64,000 bases of DNA from Ylistrum balloti (Eukaryota). Location of the stretch: positions 1,054,001 to 1,118,000 of the forward strand of contig NW_026781915.1 of the NCBI RefSeq assembly GCF_031769215.1, read 5' to 3'. The notes beneath the pieces were generated by a model. It had not been told where the DNA came from and did no database searches. It saw only the letters and a list, made by a program, of their open reading frames with translations. Position numbers and translations under genes: made by a program. This document shows positions 38,028-50,700 of the stretch, one piece after another; within the stretch, counting starts at the first letter, position 1, and each line of letters opens with the position of its first letter.

Positions 38028-38719
38028 GTAAAAGGGATTTCATACGATATTCTCTCATTATTCTCAGTTCACTTTTCATTTTATGACGATGTTGCATGGA
38101 TTAAAACTTTGCCTTTCCTTCTCCAGCCATTTAAAAATGTATTTTTGTAAACAGATATATTCTATATGAAATTACATGTTTACTAATGGTTTTTATCCAA
38201 ACTACTTGATTTAGAATTTTTGTTCATTAATATTTCATATTTTTTTACTTGCACATATTGACATGAATACTGTCCTGTAGTTATGAAGTATTAGCTAAAA
38301 CTGTGTCTACCACAGGTGGCTGTGGTAGGGAAGGCAACAGTGCTGTAATATGTAGGTAGCTTGTTTTAGTTTTCACTGCTAATGTCACGTCACTGCCTCA
38401 TTTTCTCTAGTATTAGTCAACATCTACTATTGATTCATCAGTGTCTGTTGCTATCAGTTATCATGTATGGCTATGTTGTATGCCTTTTGTTTACAAATGG
38501 TTTTTGGACTCTGATAGGACATTTGCAACATATGTTGTTTGATATAGCTTTAGTTACATATGGATTCTTAATGGTTTCTTATATGACTTAAGTTAAAAAT
38601 GGTTTCTAAATGGTTTCGATGGTTTCTTATATTTCTAAAGTTACAAATGGTTTCATATATGGCTTTAGTGACATATGTTTTCTTATTTGACTTTTTAAAA
38701 CCAAATGAGAAAAATCTCT

Positions 38720-39780
38720 ATTATGACATTATTACCAATGGTTTCCTACATGACATTATTACCAGTGGTTTTTTACATGACATTATTACCAATGGTTTCC
38801 AACATGACATTATTACCAATGGTTTTTTACATGACATTATTACCAATGGTTTCTTACATGACATTATTACCAGTGGTATTTTACATGACATTATTACCAA
38901 TGATTTCTTACATGACATTATTACCAATGGTTTCCTACATGACATTATTACCAATGGTTTCTTACATGAAATTATAACCAGTGGTTTCTTACATGACATT
39001 ATTACCAGTGGTTTCCTACATGACATTATTACCAGTGGTTTCTTACATGAAATTATAACCAGTGGTTTCTTACATGACATTATTACCAGTGGTTTCTTAC
39101 ATGACATTATTACCAGTGGTTTCTTACATGACATTATTACCTGTGGTTTCTAGTGGTTTTTTACATGACATTATTACCAGTGGTTTCTAGTGGTTGTTTA
39201 CATGAAATTATAACCAGTGGTTTCTTACATGACATTATTACCAGTGGTTTCTTACATGACATTATTATCAATGGTTTCTTACATGACATTATTACCAGTG
39301 GTTTCTAGTGGTTGTTTACATGACATTATTACCAGTGGTTTCTTACATGACATTATTACCAGTGGTTTCTTATATGACATTATTACCAGTGGTTTCTTAC
39401 ATGACATTATTACCAGTGGTTTCTTACATGACTTAACTTACAAATGGTTTCTTACATGACATTATTACCAGTGGTTTCTAGTGGTTTCTTACATGACATT
39501 ATTACCAGTGGTTTCTAGTGGTTGTTTACATGACATTATTACCAGTGGTTTCTTACATGACATTATTACCAGTGGTTTCTAGTGGTTTTTTACATGACAT
39601 TATTACCAGTGGTTTCTAGTGGTTGTTTACATGACATTATTACCAGTGGTTTCTTACATGACATTATTACCAATGGTTTCTAGTGGTTTTTTACATGACA
39701 TTATTACCAGTGGTTTCTAGTGGTTGTTTACATGACATTATTACCAGTGGTTTCTTACATGACATTATTACAAATGGTTT
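38720..39780. repeat. 27-bp minisatellite (acatgacattattaccagtggtttctt), later units carrying a 10-bp ctagtggttt/g insertion
   Basis: Tandem repeats; source of the HDIITSGFL and VSYMTLLP ORFs. Confidence 0.95.
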
Positions 39781-40429
39781 CTCGTGTACATTACCATGGT
39801 AACAGCAGATCTTTGTCATGACCTTTTGTTCTAATGATTTGTTATATTTGCTTACTGATACAATACTACAGTTTACAGTAAAAACATGCTTGATATTTTC
39901 AATTTATCCATCAATAAGCCCATGCCTGGTAGAAAAACCCATCTATATCTCTTGGTAAAAAAAATGTAAACTAATGCTATTTTGTTGTCCTGCAATAAGC
40001 CTACCCGATCCTTAAAGTCATATTCTATGTTTCATATAATGATTACAGAGTAATAATGCTTTCTTATGTTTCTAAATTTACCTTGAGATTCCTGAAATGG
40101 TCTCTGCTTGTACAGTGATGTTTCGGAAATAACCTTTACGATTCTACAAATGACCGCTTATTCAAATGTGAATTTTCTATGGTGAACGTAAGCTTTTACA
40201 AATTTTTCTGTTTTGAACAAAAGATTTTACAAATGGTCTTTTATATAGCCTTTTGTGACAAACATCTTTGTGATTCAGCTTATGGTTTATGTGACAATGG
40301 TGTCCTTATCCTTCTTGCAGACTTTCCTTATCTCCTTCCAGGATGGCTTTATACCATCTGTCTGCCACTGTGCTATCTCAATCTGTCTGCCATATCATTT
40401 CCCTGCTGAACTCCAGCATAATGTGGGAT

Positions 40430-41245
40430 GATAAATCTAGCTTCACACCTGGGAGGATAGTATAATGATGTGATAAGAGGTGAGAGGGGGATATACGAAG
40501 ATGAGGGGGAGGGGGAGGATCTTCTAGGGTACAATTAGGGTGATGAGAAAGACTGTAGAGAAAGAAAGAAAAGGACAAGCATAAAGAAAGGAGGTGGCAG
40601 GTTGTGGAAAGGGTATTTGAGGATGGAGTGTAAATGACAGGGAGGGGCATGGTGGCATGATGATGAAGGGATTACTTGATTGTTCTGAGATATATCTCTG
40701 GATTAAGGCTTCTGATTGTATGATAGTATGGGGTGATATATGTGATGACTAAGTGTATCATGGAGAAGTACTGACATTGGTGAGGGCAGGATTGGGGCAG
40801 GGCTGGATGGGGGCGGGGCAGGGTGGGGGCAGGGCAGGAGGGGGGGGGGCAGAGCAGGATGGGGGTGGGGCAGGGTGGTGTGGACAGGATGGGGGCGGGG
40901 CAGGGTGGGTGGACAAAAAAGGATACTGGATAGAGAGTTTCTTGTTTGGAAGCAGAATGGTATTGGAGAGGGCATTGGGGATTTGTTGAAGAGGAAAATG
41001 ATATGTATTTGTGGGAGGGGGGAGTTATAGATGTGCTGGGAGGGGGGAGTTATAGATGTGCTGGGAGGGGAGTTATGGGTTAGAGTAGAGTTGAAGGGTG
41101 ATAGTTACTTAACATTGACTGTGTTTATGTGTGATATTATAGCAGATATAGCACAGCTGGTGTGTCTAGCTATCAGAAATCAAGGGGAGGGTATGGGGAG
41201 GGAGAGGGAGGGGAAAGGAGGGGGGCAGGGTGGAGAGGGAGAGAA
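40430..41245 (+). other. Purine/G-rich low-complexity tract with a dense G-run cluster at about 40782-40915
   Basis: Strong A+G strand bias with many G3-G9 runs, and two ggggcgggg GC-box-like motifs. Confidence 0.8.
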
Positions 41246-42494
41246 AAGATCCCTCATCAGCTGTCTCACTTCACCTCCTCCTCTGTACAAACATGCCACC
41301 TAATAGCTGGTTTGTAGAATGAATCCGTTATAAATTTTATTTCATTTGGTGTAGTACATTATCACAAGCTGTTACATTAGATGATAATGACTAAGGAGGA
41401 CAAAGTCAATATGTAGCCTTTGTGTAATTATGGAAGGTCTGCAATTCTAGACAAACTGAAAATCATTTGTGATGTTGTTTTAGTGTCTTGGATTTGCTGA
41501 ATTATACTATTTGTATATAAGTAGTCATGCATACAAAGAAAAAAAATCAAAATATGCTAAATACAAGTGTGAACATAAAGATGATGTTTCATTATAAGAG
41601 ACTGTACCAGTCAGGATGTGTTATGATGTTACAAGGAAGGCTATTGCAGCTTCCGTATCAGCAGGGTGCACTCGACTGCATCATCTGCTGTAGAATCTAT
41701 CTCTTGAAATGTGACTAGCTCTGTATCAGCTGCAGAAAGTCCAAACAGTGTGAAAAGAGAAGAACAATCTTTTAATCTACAAGCCTTATCTTCATCCAGC
41801 AGTGAAAGTTAGAAAATTCTTTTGAAATAATATGAGTGTTTTGTAGACAATGTTATGCTTATTGTCATTTCTTATCATCTGTTAGCTGTAAAAGTTCACT
41901 TTAAATATAACCCCCCCCTCCCCAACAGTTCACTTTTTAGTTCAGTTTCCATTAGATTTATAAATTCTTTGCATACATAATGGTGATTTATATGTGTGAA
42001 GCTTGAAATTTTTCCCATGGTATCCAAATATTTCTCTCGTAGTTTTAAGATTCCTCTACACTGATGTCAATATAGATAAACCTGGACTTATGGAGTTCAA
42101 TTTATCATGTTTTATCAAAAATATTTTTGTAGTATCAAAGAATCAGTAACAAGTTCATGACCTGGTGGAGAGTTATGTGGCAGAACTTCTGCAATGCTTC
42201 TGATGTGATGATAAAGATTTGATGTTAAATTTGCAAAAAATGATTTTTTAAATTTATAAATGAATATGTATATGGATAAAAAAAAATCATTGTCAAGGGA
42301 GATAACTGTGTCAGACTTACTGCTCAGGAGCAAGGGTTTCAGTCCAGCCGCTAAAGGAAATCTGAAAATACTGTCTATATCAATGACCATTGGTCAGATA
42401 ATAGGAGCTTATTATAATGTTCCCTTTTATCACAGCAACAGCCGTCTCACAGATGGTTCATGTATTAGATATGTTTTATTTATTTCTGTATACT

Positions 42495-42560
42495 ATGGGA
42501 AAGCCTATGGGAAAGCCTATGGGAAAGTATGGGAAAGCCTATGAGAAAGCTTATGGGAAA
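42495..42560. repeat. 12-bp repeat (tatgggaaagcc), about 5 units
   Basis: Direct repeats. Confidence 0.85.
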
Positions 42561-42966
42561 GAAGGAAAAAAGAGAGTGAGGATTAAGAACTAAACTACTT
42601 ACCATACTTATTTTATTGAAAATACAAAATTGTTTCCCTAAGAGCTGTGATTCTGGTCATGGATGACTTGACTGGTCAATTTATGCTGACCAGTATTAAA
42701 CGCTGGTATATTTGACCTTTGGGTGGTCTTATCTACGATGTTAAAGAGGTTTGTACCTGAAAGTGATCTATATCATAAGTGAGATTGAAGTGACACAAAG
42801 TGAAGTGAGTACAGAACATGCTGCCACCCTTACATTATTATCTTATGAGTACTTGTACTCATTCTACTATAATAGTTTTCAGATGGATTTTTTACATCCC
42901 AGTCATTAAAGGCCTATTAAGCCAAAAAAACATATGAATGACATTAGTTGGATTGCAATACTTGGT

Positions 42967-43730
42967 TCTTGTTATACTGTAGGTATAGGCTGGTCTCTGT
43001 TGTTATACTGTAGGTATAGGCTGGTCTCTGTTGTTATACTGTAGGTATAGGCTGGTCTCTGTTGTTATACTGTAGGTATAGGCTAGTCTCTGTTGTTATA
43101 CTGTAGGTATAGGCTAGTCTCTGTTGTTATACTGTAGGTATAGGCTGGTCTCTGTTGTTATACTGTAGGTATAGGCTAGTCTCTGTTGTTATACTGTAGG
43201 TATAGGCTAGTCTCTGTTGTTATACTGTAGGTATAGGCTAGTCTCAGTTGTTATACTGTAGGTATAGACTAGTCTCTGTTGCTATACTGTAGGTATAGGC
43301 TGGTCTCTGTTGTTATACTGTAGGTATAGGCTAGTCTCTGTTGCTATACTGTAGGTATAGGCTAGTCTCTGTTGTTATACTGTAGGTATAGGCTAGTCTC
43401 TGTTGCTGTACTGTAGGTATAGACTGGTCTCTGTTGTTATACTGTAGGTATAGGCTAGTCTCTGTTGTTATACTGTAGGTATAGGCTGGTCTCTGTTGTT
43501 ATACTGTAGGTATAGGCTAGTCTCTGTTGTTATACTGTAGGTATAGGCTAGTCTCTGTTGTTATACTGTAGGTATAGGCTAGTCTCTGTTGCTGTACTGC
43601 TGGTATAGGCTAGTCTCTGTTGTTATACTGTAGGTATAGACTGGTCTCTGTTGCTGTACTGCTGGTATAGACTAGTCTGTTGTTATACTGTAGGTATAGA
43701 CTGGTCTCTTCTGCTGTGCTGCATGTATAG
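42967..43730. repeat. 31-bp minisatellite (ctgtaggtataggctagtctctgttgttata)
   Basis: About 24 tandem units. Confidence 0.96.
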
Positions 43731-44289
43731 GTAAATTACCTCGTGTCATGCAGGTTGCATTTTTTGCCATAAGGATGTCTTAACTATCACTTAGAACCTT
43801 GACATGTATTGATACTGAGGAGATGTTCCAGCAGCCTACAGTATGTCTGAATACTTATCATCAGATTATTTATGACAGACTAATATGTGAAGTCATGTAA
43901 TCTTTACCTCAGCCTCCCCCTCGTCTGCTGACTGATGGTCTTGTGACTTTCTATTTATAGACCAAATGTGTCCAAACAGTTGTCATCTTTATAAATAGAT
44001 CAGTTATATTTTCCATGTTATTTAGCTGTCAGAGGAATTCTTTGTCAGAGTATGAATATCTGTAGTTTTCTAATGTACCAGTAGTTTGTTAACTAGAAAG
44101 ATTTTGAGTATTATTGATTTTGTACTGCAACGAAAGTATTACATTAAACAGTAGTCAGTGAAACAAATATAAACAGATATTACTGAACCTGTTCTAATTA
44201 CATAAATTAAACCTGTGAAAATAAGTTAAAGTTTGAGTTTTTAGAGTTGACATCAATGACTAAATGGTACAGGGCCTATAGTAACTGTC

Positions 44290-44535
44290 ACTTAAAGTAT
44301 TGGCCAACATGACACTCTGTGAAGAGTTTGATGCTCTCTACCCATGGTGCTTTGTTTTTCTGGGATATAAGCTTGTCTGTGCTGTCCTGGTTGTGTCCTT
44401 GGGCAACACATAATTGCTCTGGATGGATTTTGATGGGCCTCCCCTATGTTGTTCATTAAGGTTGCAACCAGTTCTTACAAGATCTAATCTCCAAATTGCC
44501 CTAGCTGTTCACAGGGATAAATCAAACTAACCATA
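44290..44535 (+). mobile_element. Probable decayed SINE fragment
   Basis: gttgtgtccttgggcaacac resembles the CORE-like GTGTCCTTGGGCAAGxCACTT motif. A weak B-box-like gagtttgatgc lies upstream and ttgccctagctgtt downstream. Confidence 0.4.
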
Positions 44536-45384
44536 ACTGGTACATGTATATCTACTGGTAGACGTAACTTTACATGGGTTATTGTCCACCTATTGTAGAT
44601 GTAAGTTGATGTTGTTTTAATTATTTAACTTCATTATGAATTAAGCACAAATTTGTGATTTTTCTATTATTTGTGATTAAATGAGTTATAATCATTTAAA
44701 TTAAAACCTAAAAGCAGTCTTTGTTATGGTAATTATTTATTCCTGCCGTGACTGTAAAAAAGAACAAACAAAAAATTAATTGTCAGAATTTTTATTATCC
44801 AGAATAGACTATCCATTCTTTTGGCAAAGTTCCATTTATTTGAAATTTAGATCATTTTGAATCAAGACCTATAGAAAGAGATGTGTTAATGATTTTGCGT
44901 AAGTGGTGTTTTGTCACTCCGACATATCACCTGCTTTGGTGGGTTTGTATGCTTTAGGGTGTTTCTTTAATATCACTTGTCCATGTCTGTCTGTTACCTG
45001 ATATGGGAAACTCCTGTTGTGCCACATATATGCAAATTAAAGCAAATACACTGAAATATATCATAATAGGGGTATATTTACCTGACTCTGAAACGTCTCA
45101 AGGGTAAATATAGGACAAACATTATTTTTATTGAAGAAGTTTTATTTCTTCTAAGCTATTGACACAATAACCCTGTATAAAGTTAGGTTTTCAGGTTGAT
45201 GTACAAATTAAAAAATAATTTAAATTGTTTGGTCAGTAAAATTCTTGTTTTGATTTTTAATCACATTTTGCTTTGTTCAACACTTACGTGTCTGGATGCA
45301 GTTAACCTAAATAAAGATGTAATCGTGGGTCAGTTGTGCCACCTATATTTATACATAAGTAGTAATTCTGGTATGTTATGGTAG

Positions 45385-46345
45385 ACAGGCAACAGGTTAG
45401 ATATATTTATAAGTGACGAGACAGGTAAATGAAGGTAGACAATAGGGAGACTATATATAGTTATAGGTGACTTGACAGGTAAATGATGGTAGACAGAGAC
45501 AGGACAGGTAAGTGAAGGTAGACAATAGGGAGACTATATATAGTTATAGGTGACTTGACAGGTAAATGATGGTAGACAGAGACTGGACAGGTAAATGATG
45601 GTAGACAGAGACAGGACAGGTAAATGGAGGTAGACAGAGACAGGACAGGTAAATGGGGATAGACAGAGACAGGACAGGTAAGTGAAAGTAGACAATAGGG
45701 AGACTATATATAGTTATAGGTGACTTGACAGGTAAATGATGGTAGACAGAGACTGGACAGGTAAATGATGGTAGACAGTGACAGGACAGGTAAATGATGG
45801 TAGACAGAGACTGGACAGGTAAATGATGGTAGACAGTGACAGGACAGGTAAATGAAGGTAGACAATAGGGAGACTATATATAGTTATAGGTGACTTGACA
45901 GGTAAATGATGGTAGACAGAGACTGGACAGGTAAATGATGGTAGACAGTGACAGGACAGGTAAATGATGGTAGACAGAGACTGGACAGGTAAATGATGGT
46001 AGACAGAGACAGGACAGGTAAATGAAGGTAGACAATAGGGAGACTATATATAGTTATAGGTGACTTGACAGGTAAATGATGGTAGACAGAGACAGGACAG
46101 GTAAATGATGGTAGACAGAGACTGGACAGGTAAGTGAAGGTAGACAATAGGGAGACTATATGTAGTTATAGGTGACTTGACAGGTAAATGATGGTAGACA
46201 GAGACATGACAGGTTAGTGATGGTAGACAATCCAGAGACTATGTATACCTGTAAGTGACTGGACAGGGTAATGAAGGTAACAGGGTAATGAAGGTAGACA
46301 AATTAGAATACTATATACAGTTATAAGTGACTGGACAAGTTACAT
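45385..46345. repeat. Composite 29/54-bp minisatellite sharing the gacaggtaaatga[t/a]ggtagaca head
   Basis: One 54-bp unit alternates with two to four 29-bp units. Confidence 0.93.
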
Positions 46346-49300
46346 GAATCTATTTATAGCTTTACAATTAACTTATTGAATGACCTCTGTGTTTATTCAG
46401 GTATGTCAAAATATGATTTACATCATTATTGGTGTGTGTTGATTATTCAGTCACCTGTGTCAGGGTATGATAACGGGATTATAGATGTAGTTGTACAGTC
46501 AGGTGTGTCCAGGTATAATAATCTATTTATAGATTTATGTGTTCATTCAGGCATGTCATTTATTTTCAGCCAAGCGTGCCAAAATCTGATGAATCAATTT
46601 TTAAATGGTAGGATTTACCTATTGATAGATATTGAGGGTTGACCAATGAATGTCAACCCAGAAATCCTATTATGTATAACACAATATTTCTCACTGGACT
46701 GGACAAAACCAATTTTCTATCCAGTTACCTGGTTATCTATGCCTGTAAATTGGCAACCATTATCGGTGTATAGAGGTATTTGTCTACTGTTTGTGTATTA
46801 CCTCCGGTGATTGGATAAGGTGTGATAAGGGAAGTGAGTGTTCAATGGCTACTGTTGGGAGTTGATCAAGCTATCAGCTCACACTCTCCTTCACATTACT
46901 GCTAATTATATCCCATTTACCTGCCCATTCCCAGTGCTAGCAGCTTTACACAAAACAATTCTAAAAATCCCCTTACATTGCATCTGTGGAATAAGAAGCA
47001 TCTTTGAGTGATTGAAATCTATGATATTTACAATTAAAGTCAGTTGTACATTCATTCACTGACTTCCTTCTCCTTATATATTTTGAATGAAGACAGCATG
47101 CTGTAGGATGACTATGCTGATACAACCCATTCAACATACAATTATATGTATGTTGTTGGCATATACACTGATTATGTGTGTGTCTACATGTAGGTATTAT
47201 CTTCCACAAGTCTGGGAGCCAGGATTTCTGTTTGTTTGAAGTGGGTGTGCTTGAATCCATGGAGATACATTCCCTGTTACTTTCTCAAAGTGAATCGTTA
47301 TTGTTAGGAAAGTGCTAGAAGAAAACCACATGACAAGGAACAAAGTGCTAATGATTTTTACCTGATCAGGTTTAGGTGTAAGCTGAGGAATTCATTAGAA
47401 ATGAATCGCTGAGAAAATGGAATAAATTACAAGGTCATCATGCAAATAAAATGTGTGACTGAATTTTATAACTTCTGTGATCGTGATGTCCTCATATGTT
47501 ATACGGTAGTTGAAACCGGTGAAGGCAGTTCATCTCAAACTATGGGCCAGGAAATATTTAAAAATTTGTAAGGTGCCCTTGTTGATTTCATTGGAGTTAA
47601 ATGACTGTAAATTAAGAGGTAGGCTATATGACACAGCCACTGCAGCTAAGATTACAGTTTATCATTGTGTATCGTGTAGTGATTTGTACTCCAGTGTTTA
47701 AGAAGAGTTCATTATCCGTGCAGTTGAGCTCGTGCCAGAGTGATTGCCTAAGAACTATGAGTGATGGGAAGATATATCTACACTAACAATGTCAGCTGAG
47801 ACGAGGATGCAGTTAAAACCGACATTTTTTGATGATATGTCTTGTGCCATTAATTCTGATCTAATCCAAGTAGATTTGATTTCAGTTGGAGATTCCTTTC
47901 TACAAATTTGTGATTATGACGTGGTGGATGTCGGAGGACACGCATATAGATATAGTGTAAGGTCATCTTCAGTTAAAAATGGATTTGACACCTAGTTTAA
48001 ATATATCACAGATTTGAGAAAATCAATTCATTGGATTAAGTGGAGGAACCTGTTTCTGATACTAAAGCAAGACTTGTTTCAGATTGAGGATATTGAGATG
48101 TTAAATTTTAATGTGTATCATTATTAGGTGAAGTTCTTGCATGGAGGAGAAAAAAGTAATGGCTTAACTTTATATACATTTGCCTTAGAAGATAAATTGC
48201 TTGATTAAGTGATTTTGGACAGCCAAAGCCTGAGGGTACATTATAAGAGTGACCAGAGGTCATTGGCTAGACAGATACATGTATGTCTAAACTGGTCATT
48301 GGAGTAGGAAGTGACCAGAGACAGGTGTGACATAGGAGTCGTCAAATTAATTTATTAGTCGGCTAAATCTGATTAGCAGTATATTATGAACACATGGGAG
48401 GTGGTCATCTGAGACAGTTAACACTCAACGATTCATTCGGACACTCCAGTCAGATTTGGTCTGCCTGTCAATCAGTTACACCTGGTTGGGTTAGGGCTAC
48501 AGGCTTGACAAGAATTCTAGACCAGGCAGGCAACAACGCTCAGGTGACACAGGGGATAGGAGGTGGAGACGACCCAATTGTACAGGTCCAAGTTCTCCGT
48601 GCATCAGGAATTTTAAGTCTGGGGATGATAGCCCTGATATTGGGATAACACTGATCCCTTTATCAATAATCAATTTTTACCTGGCCAGGTAGATACCTGG
48701 TATTAATTACCAGTAAAGAAATATTAGTGAGAAAGACAAAGTGTTGGCCATGGTCTGGATATAAACGGGGATACATTTTATAACAAACCTGTTTTATAAA
48801 CATCATCAACAGATCATTGTTCCATGAAAAAAGTCCTGTGACATATGAGTATGATGCCTGTGTATATTATATATGCGGGATGATAAAGGTAAATCCCCAT
48901 GTCATCAGGAGTGTGGGCGTCGACCAGAACCCATCGGCTGAAATAATTATGGGGTCAAGATTAAGTTAAGGATCCCTATCACCCAGGTATTCAGTTGGGA
49001 CCACACCACAATCTAGACCTGCTGGACACACCTGGAGTGAGGCTCAGATCTGTCCATACTGGAGTATTCCAGACACCACAAGGATAGTGTGCTGTGTAAC
49101 ACACTCAAGTTTGTTTCAAACCTACCGCGGTGCCATCCTACTCGAGGCATTGTCTTGTGATCAGAAACTCTTGGCATACAGGGTATATAGTTGGTATTGT
49201 GAAGGGGTGCCCGGTAATGAGTGGGATTACTCCGTGTCTATAAGCATTTAAATACCTTGACCTGTTTTAGGAGCTAATTGTTGATGTGTATGTGGCCTGA

Positions 49301-49647
49301 ACCGCAGCTAGGAGTGTCCACTTGTACTCCAGTGTTGACATTTTTTTCGTGCAATTATTTTTTAAAAGTGCAAAACTACAATTTTACCCTGACAGGATCA
49401 TTAAATCTAAATATTTTATTATGTTTAACAACATTAAAGCGATGTCATATGGACGTCCATTGTGTACGCAGGACATAGAAGTGTAGACAACAACCCCAGT
49501 GTGAATGAATGAAGAGTTTTCGCTCGAGTGGAATATGTTACCGTCCCCTGTATGGAGTACACATGTTCGGGCCACATCATACACCTGTCCTCTCATGAAG
49601 CCAAAATGGATTTAATTCGTTTACATAGCTTGGAGTAATTTTTCGCC

Positions 49648-49749
49648 ATGTTTGGATGTTTCGGAAAGAAGAAAAAAAAGTTAAAGGGGAAAGCCCCACT
49701 TGACAGTAGAAGGGATGTTTGTAGTAATGAAGAGCAACCGGATCAACAG
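49648..49749 (+). CDS. Putative alternative first coding exon (34 aa): MFGCFGKKKKKLKGKAPLDSRRDVCSNEEQPDQQ
   Basis: ATG in good context (cgccATG), open frame to a strong CAG|GTATGA phase-0 donor, and a motif-like peptide. Too short for the ORF track. Confidence 0.65.
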
Positions 49750-50700
49750 GTATGATATTGCTAGGTGGGTTGGTACTACAGGTGGAATATTGTATAATGG
49801 GTTGGTGCTACAGCTATGATATTGTGTGATGGGTTGGTGCTACAGGTATTATATTGTGTGATGGGTCGGTGCTACAGGTATGATATTGTGTGATGGGTCG
49901 GTGCTACAGGTATGATATTGTATAATGGGTCGGTGCTACAGCTATGATATTATGTGATGGGTTGGTGCTACAACTATGATATTGTGTGATGGGTTGGTGC
50001 TACAGCTATGATATTGTGTGATGGGTTGGTGCTACAGCTATGATATTGTGTGATAAGTCGGTGCTACAGCTTTGATATTGTGTGATGGGTTGGTGCTACA
50101 GCTATGATATTGTGTGATGGGTTGGTGCTACAGGTATGATATTGTGTGATGGGTTGGTGCTAAAGGTATGATATTGTGTGATGGGTCGGTGCTACAGCTA
50201 TGATATTACAGGTATGATATTGTGTGATAAGTCGGTGCTACAGCATTGATATTGTGTGATAAGTCGGTGCTACAGCTTTGATATTGTGTGATGGGTTGGT
50301 GCTACAGCTATGATATTGTGTGATGGGTTGGTGCTACAGGTATGATATTGTGTGATGGGTTGGTGCTAAAGGTATGATATTGTGTGATGGGTCGGTGCTA
50401 CAGGTATGATATTACAGGTATGATATTGTGTGATAAGTCGGTGCTACAGCTTTGATATTGTGTGATTGTGTGATGGGTTGGTGCTACAGGTATGATATTG
50501 TATGATGGGTTGGCGCTACAGGTATGATATTGTATGATGGGTCGGTGCTACAGCTATGATATTGTGTGATGGGTTGGTGCTACAGCTATGATATTGTGTG
50601 ATGGGTCAGTGCTACAGGTATGATATTGTATGATGGGTCGGTGCTGCAGGTATGATATTGTATAATGGGTTGGTGCTACAGCTATGATATTGTGATATGA
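49747..50700. repeat. 32-bp minisatellite (caggtatgatattgtgtgatgggttggtgcta)
   Basis: About 30 units, starting exactly at the donor of candidate exon 49648-49749. Confidence 0.96.

Noticed and set aside
40342-40431. Strong acceptor ccttatctccttccag followed by a 29-codon frame to TGA (possible CH1-only terminal exon)
   Set aside because: No supporting donor or clear polyadenylation evidence; pyrimidine tracts occur frequently by chance.
42260-42526. ORF MDKKKSLSREITVSDLLLRSK... ending at AAA|GTATGG
   Set aside because: The only phase-0 donor lies within a 12-bp repeat and is weak.
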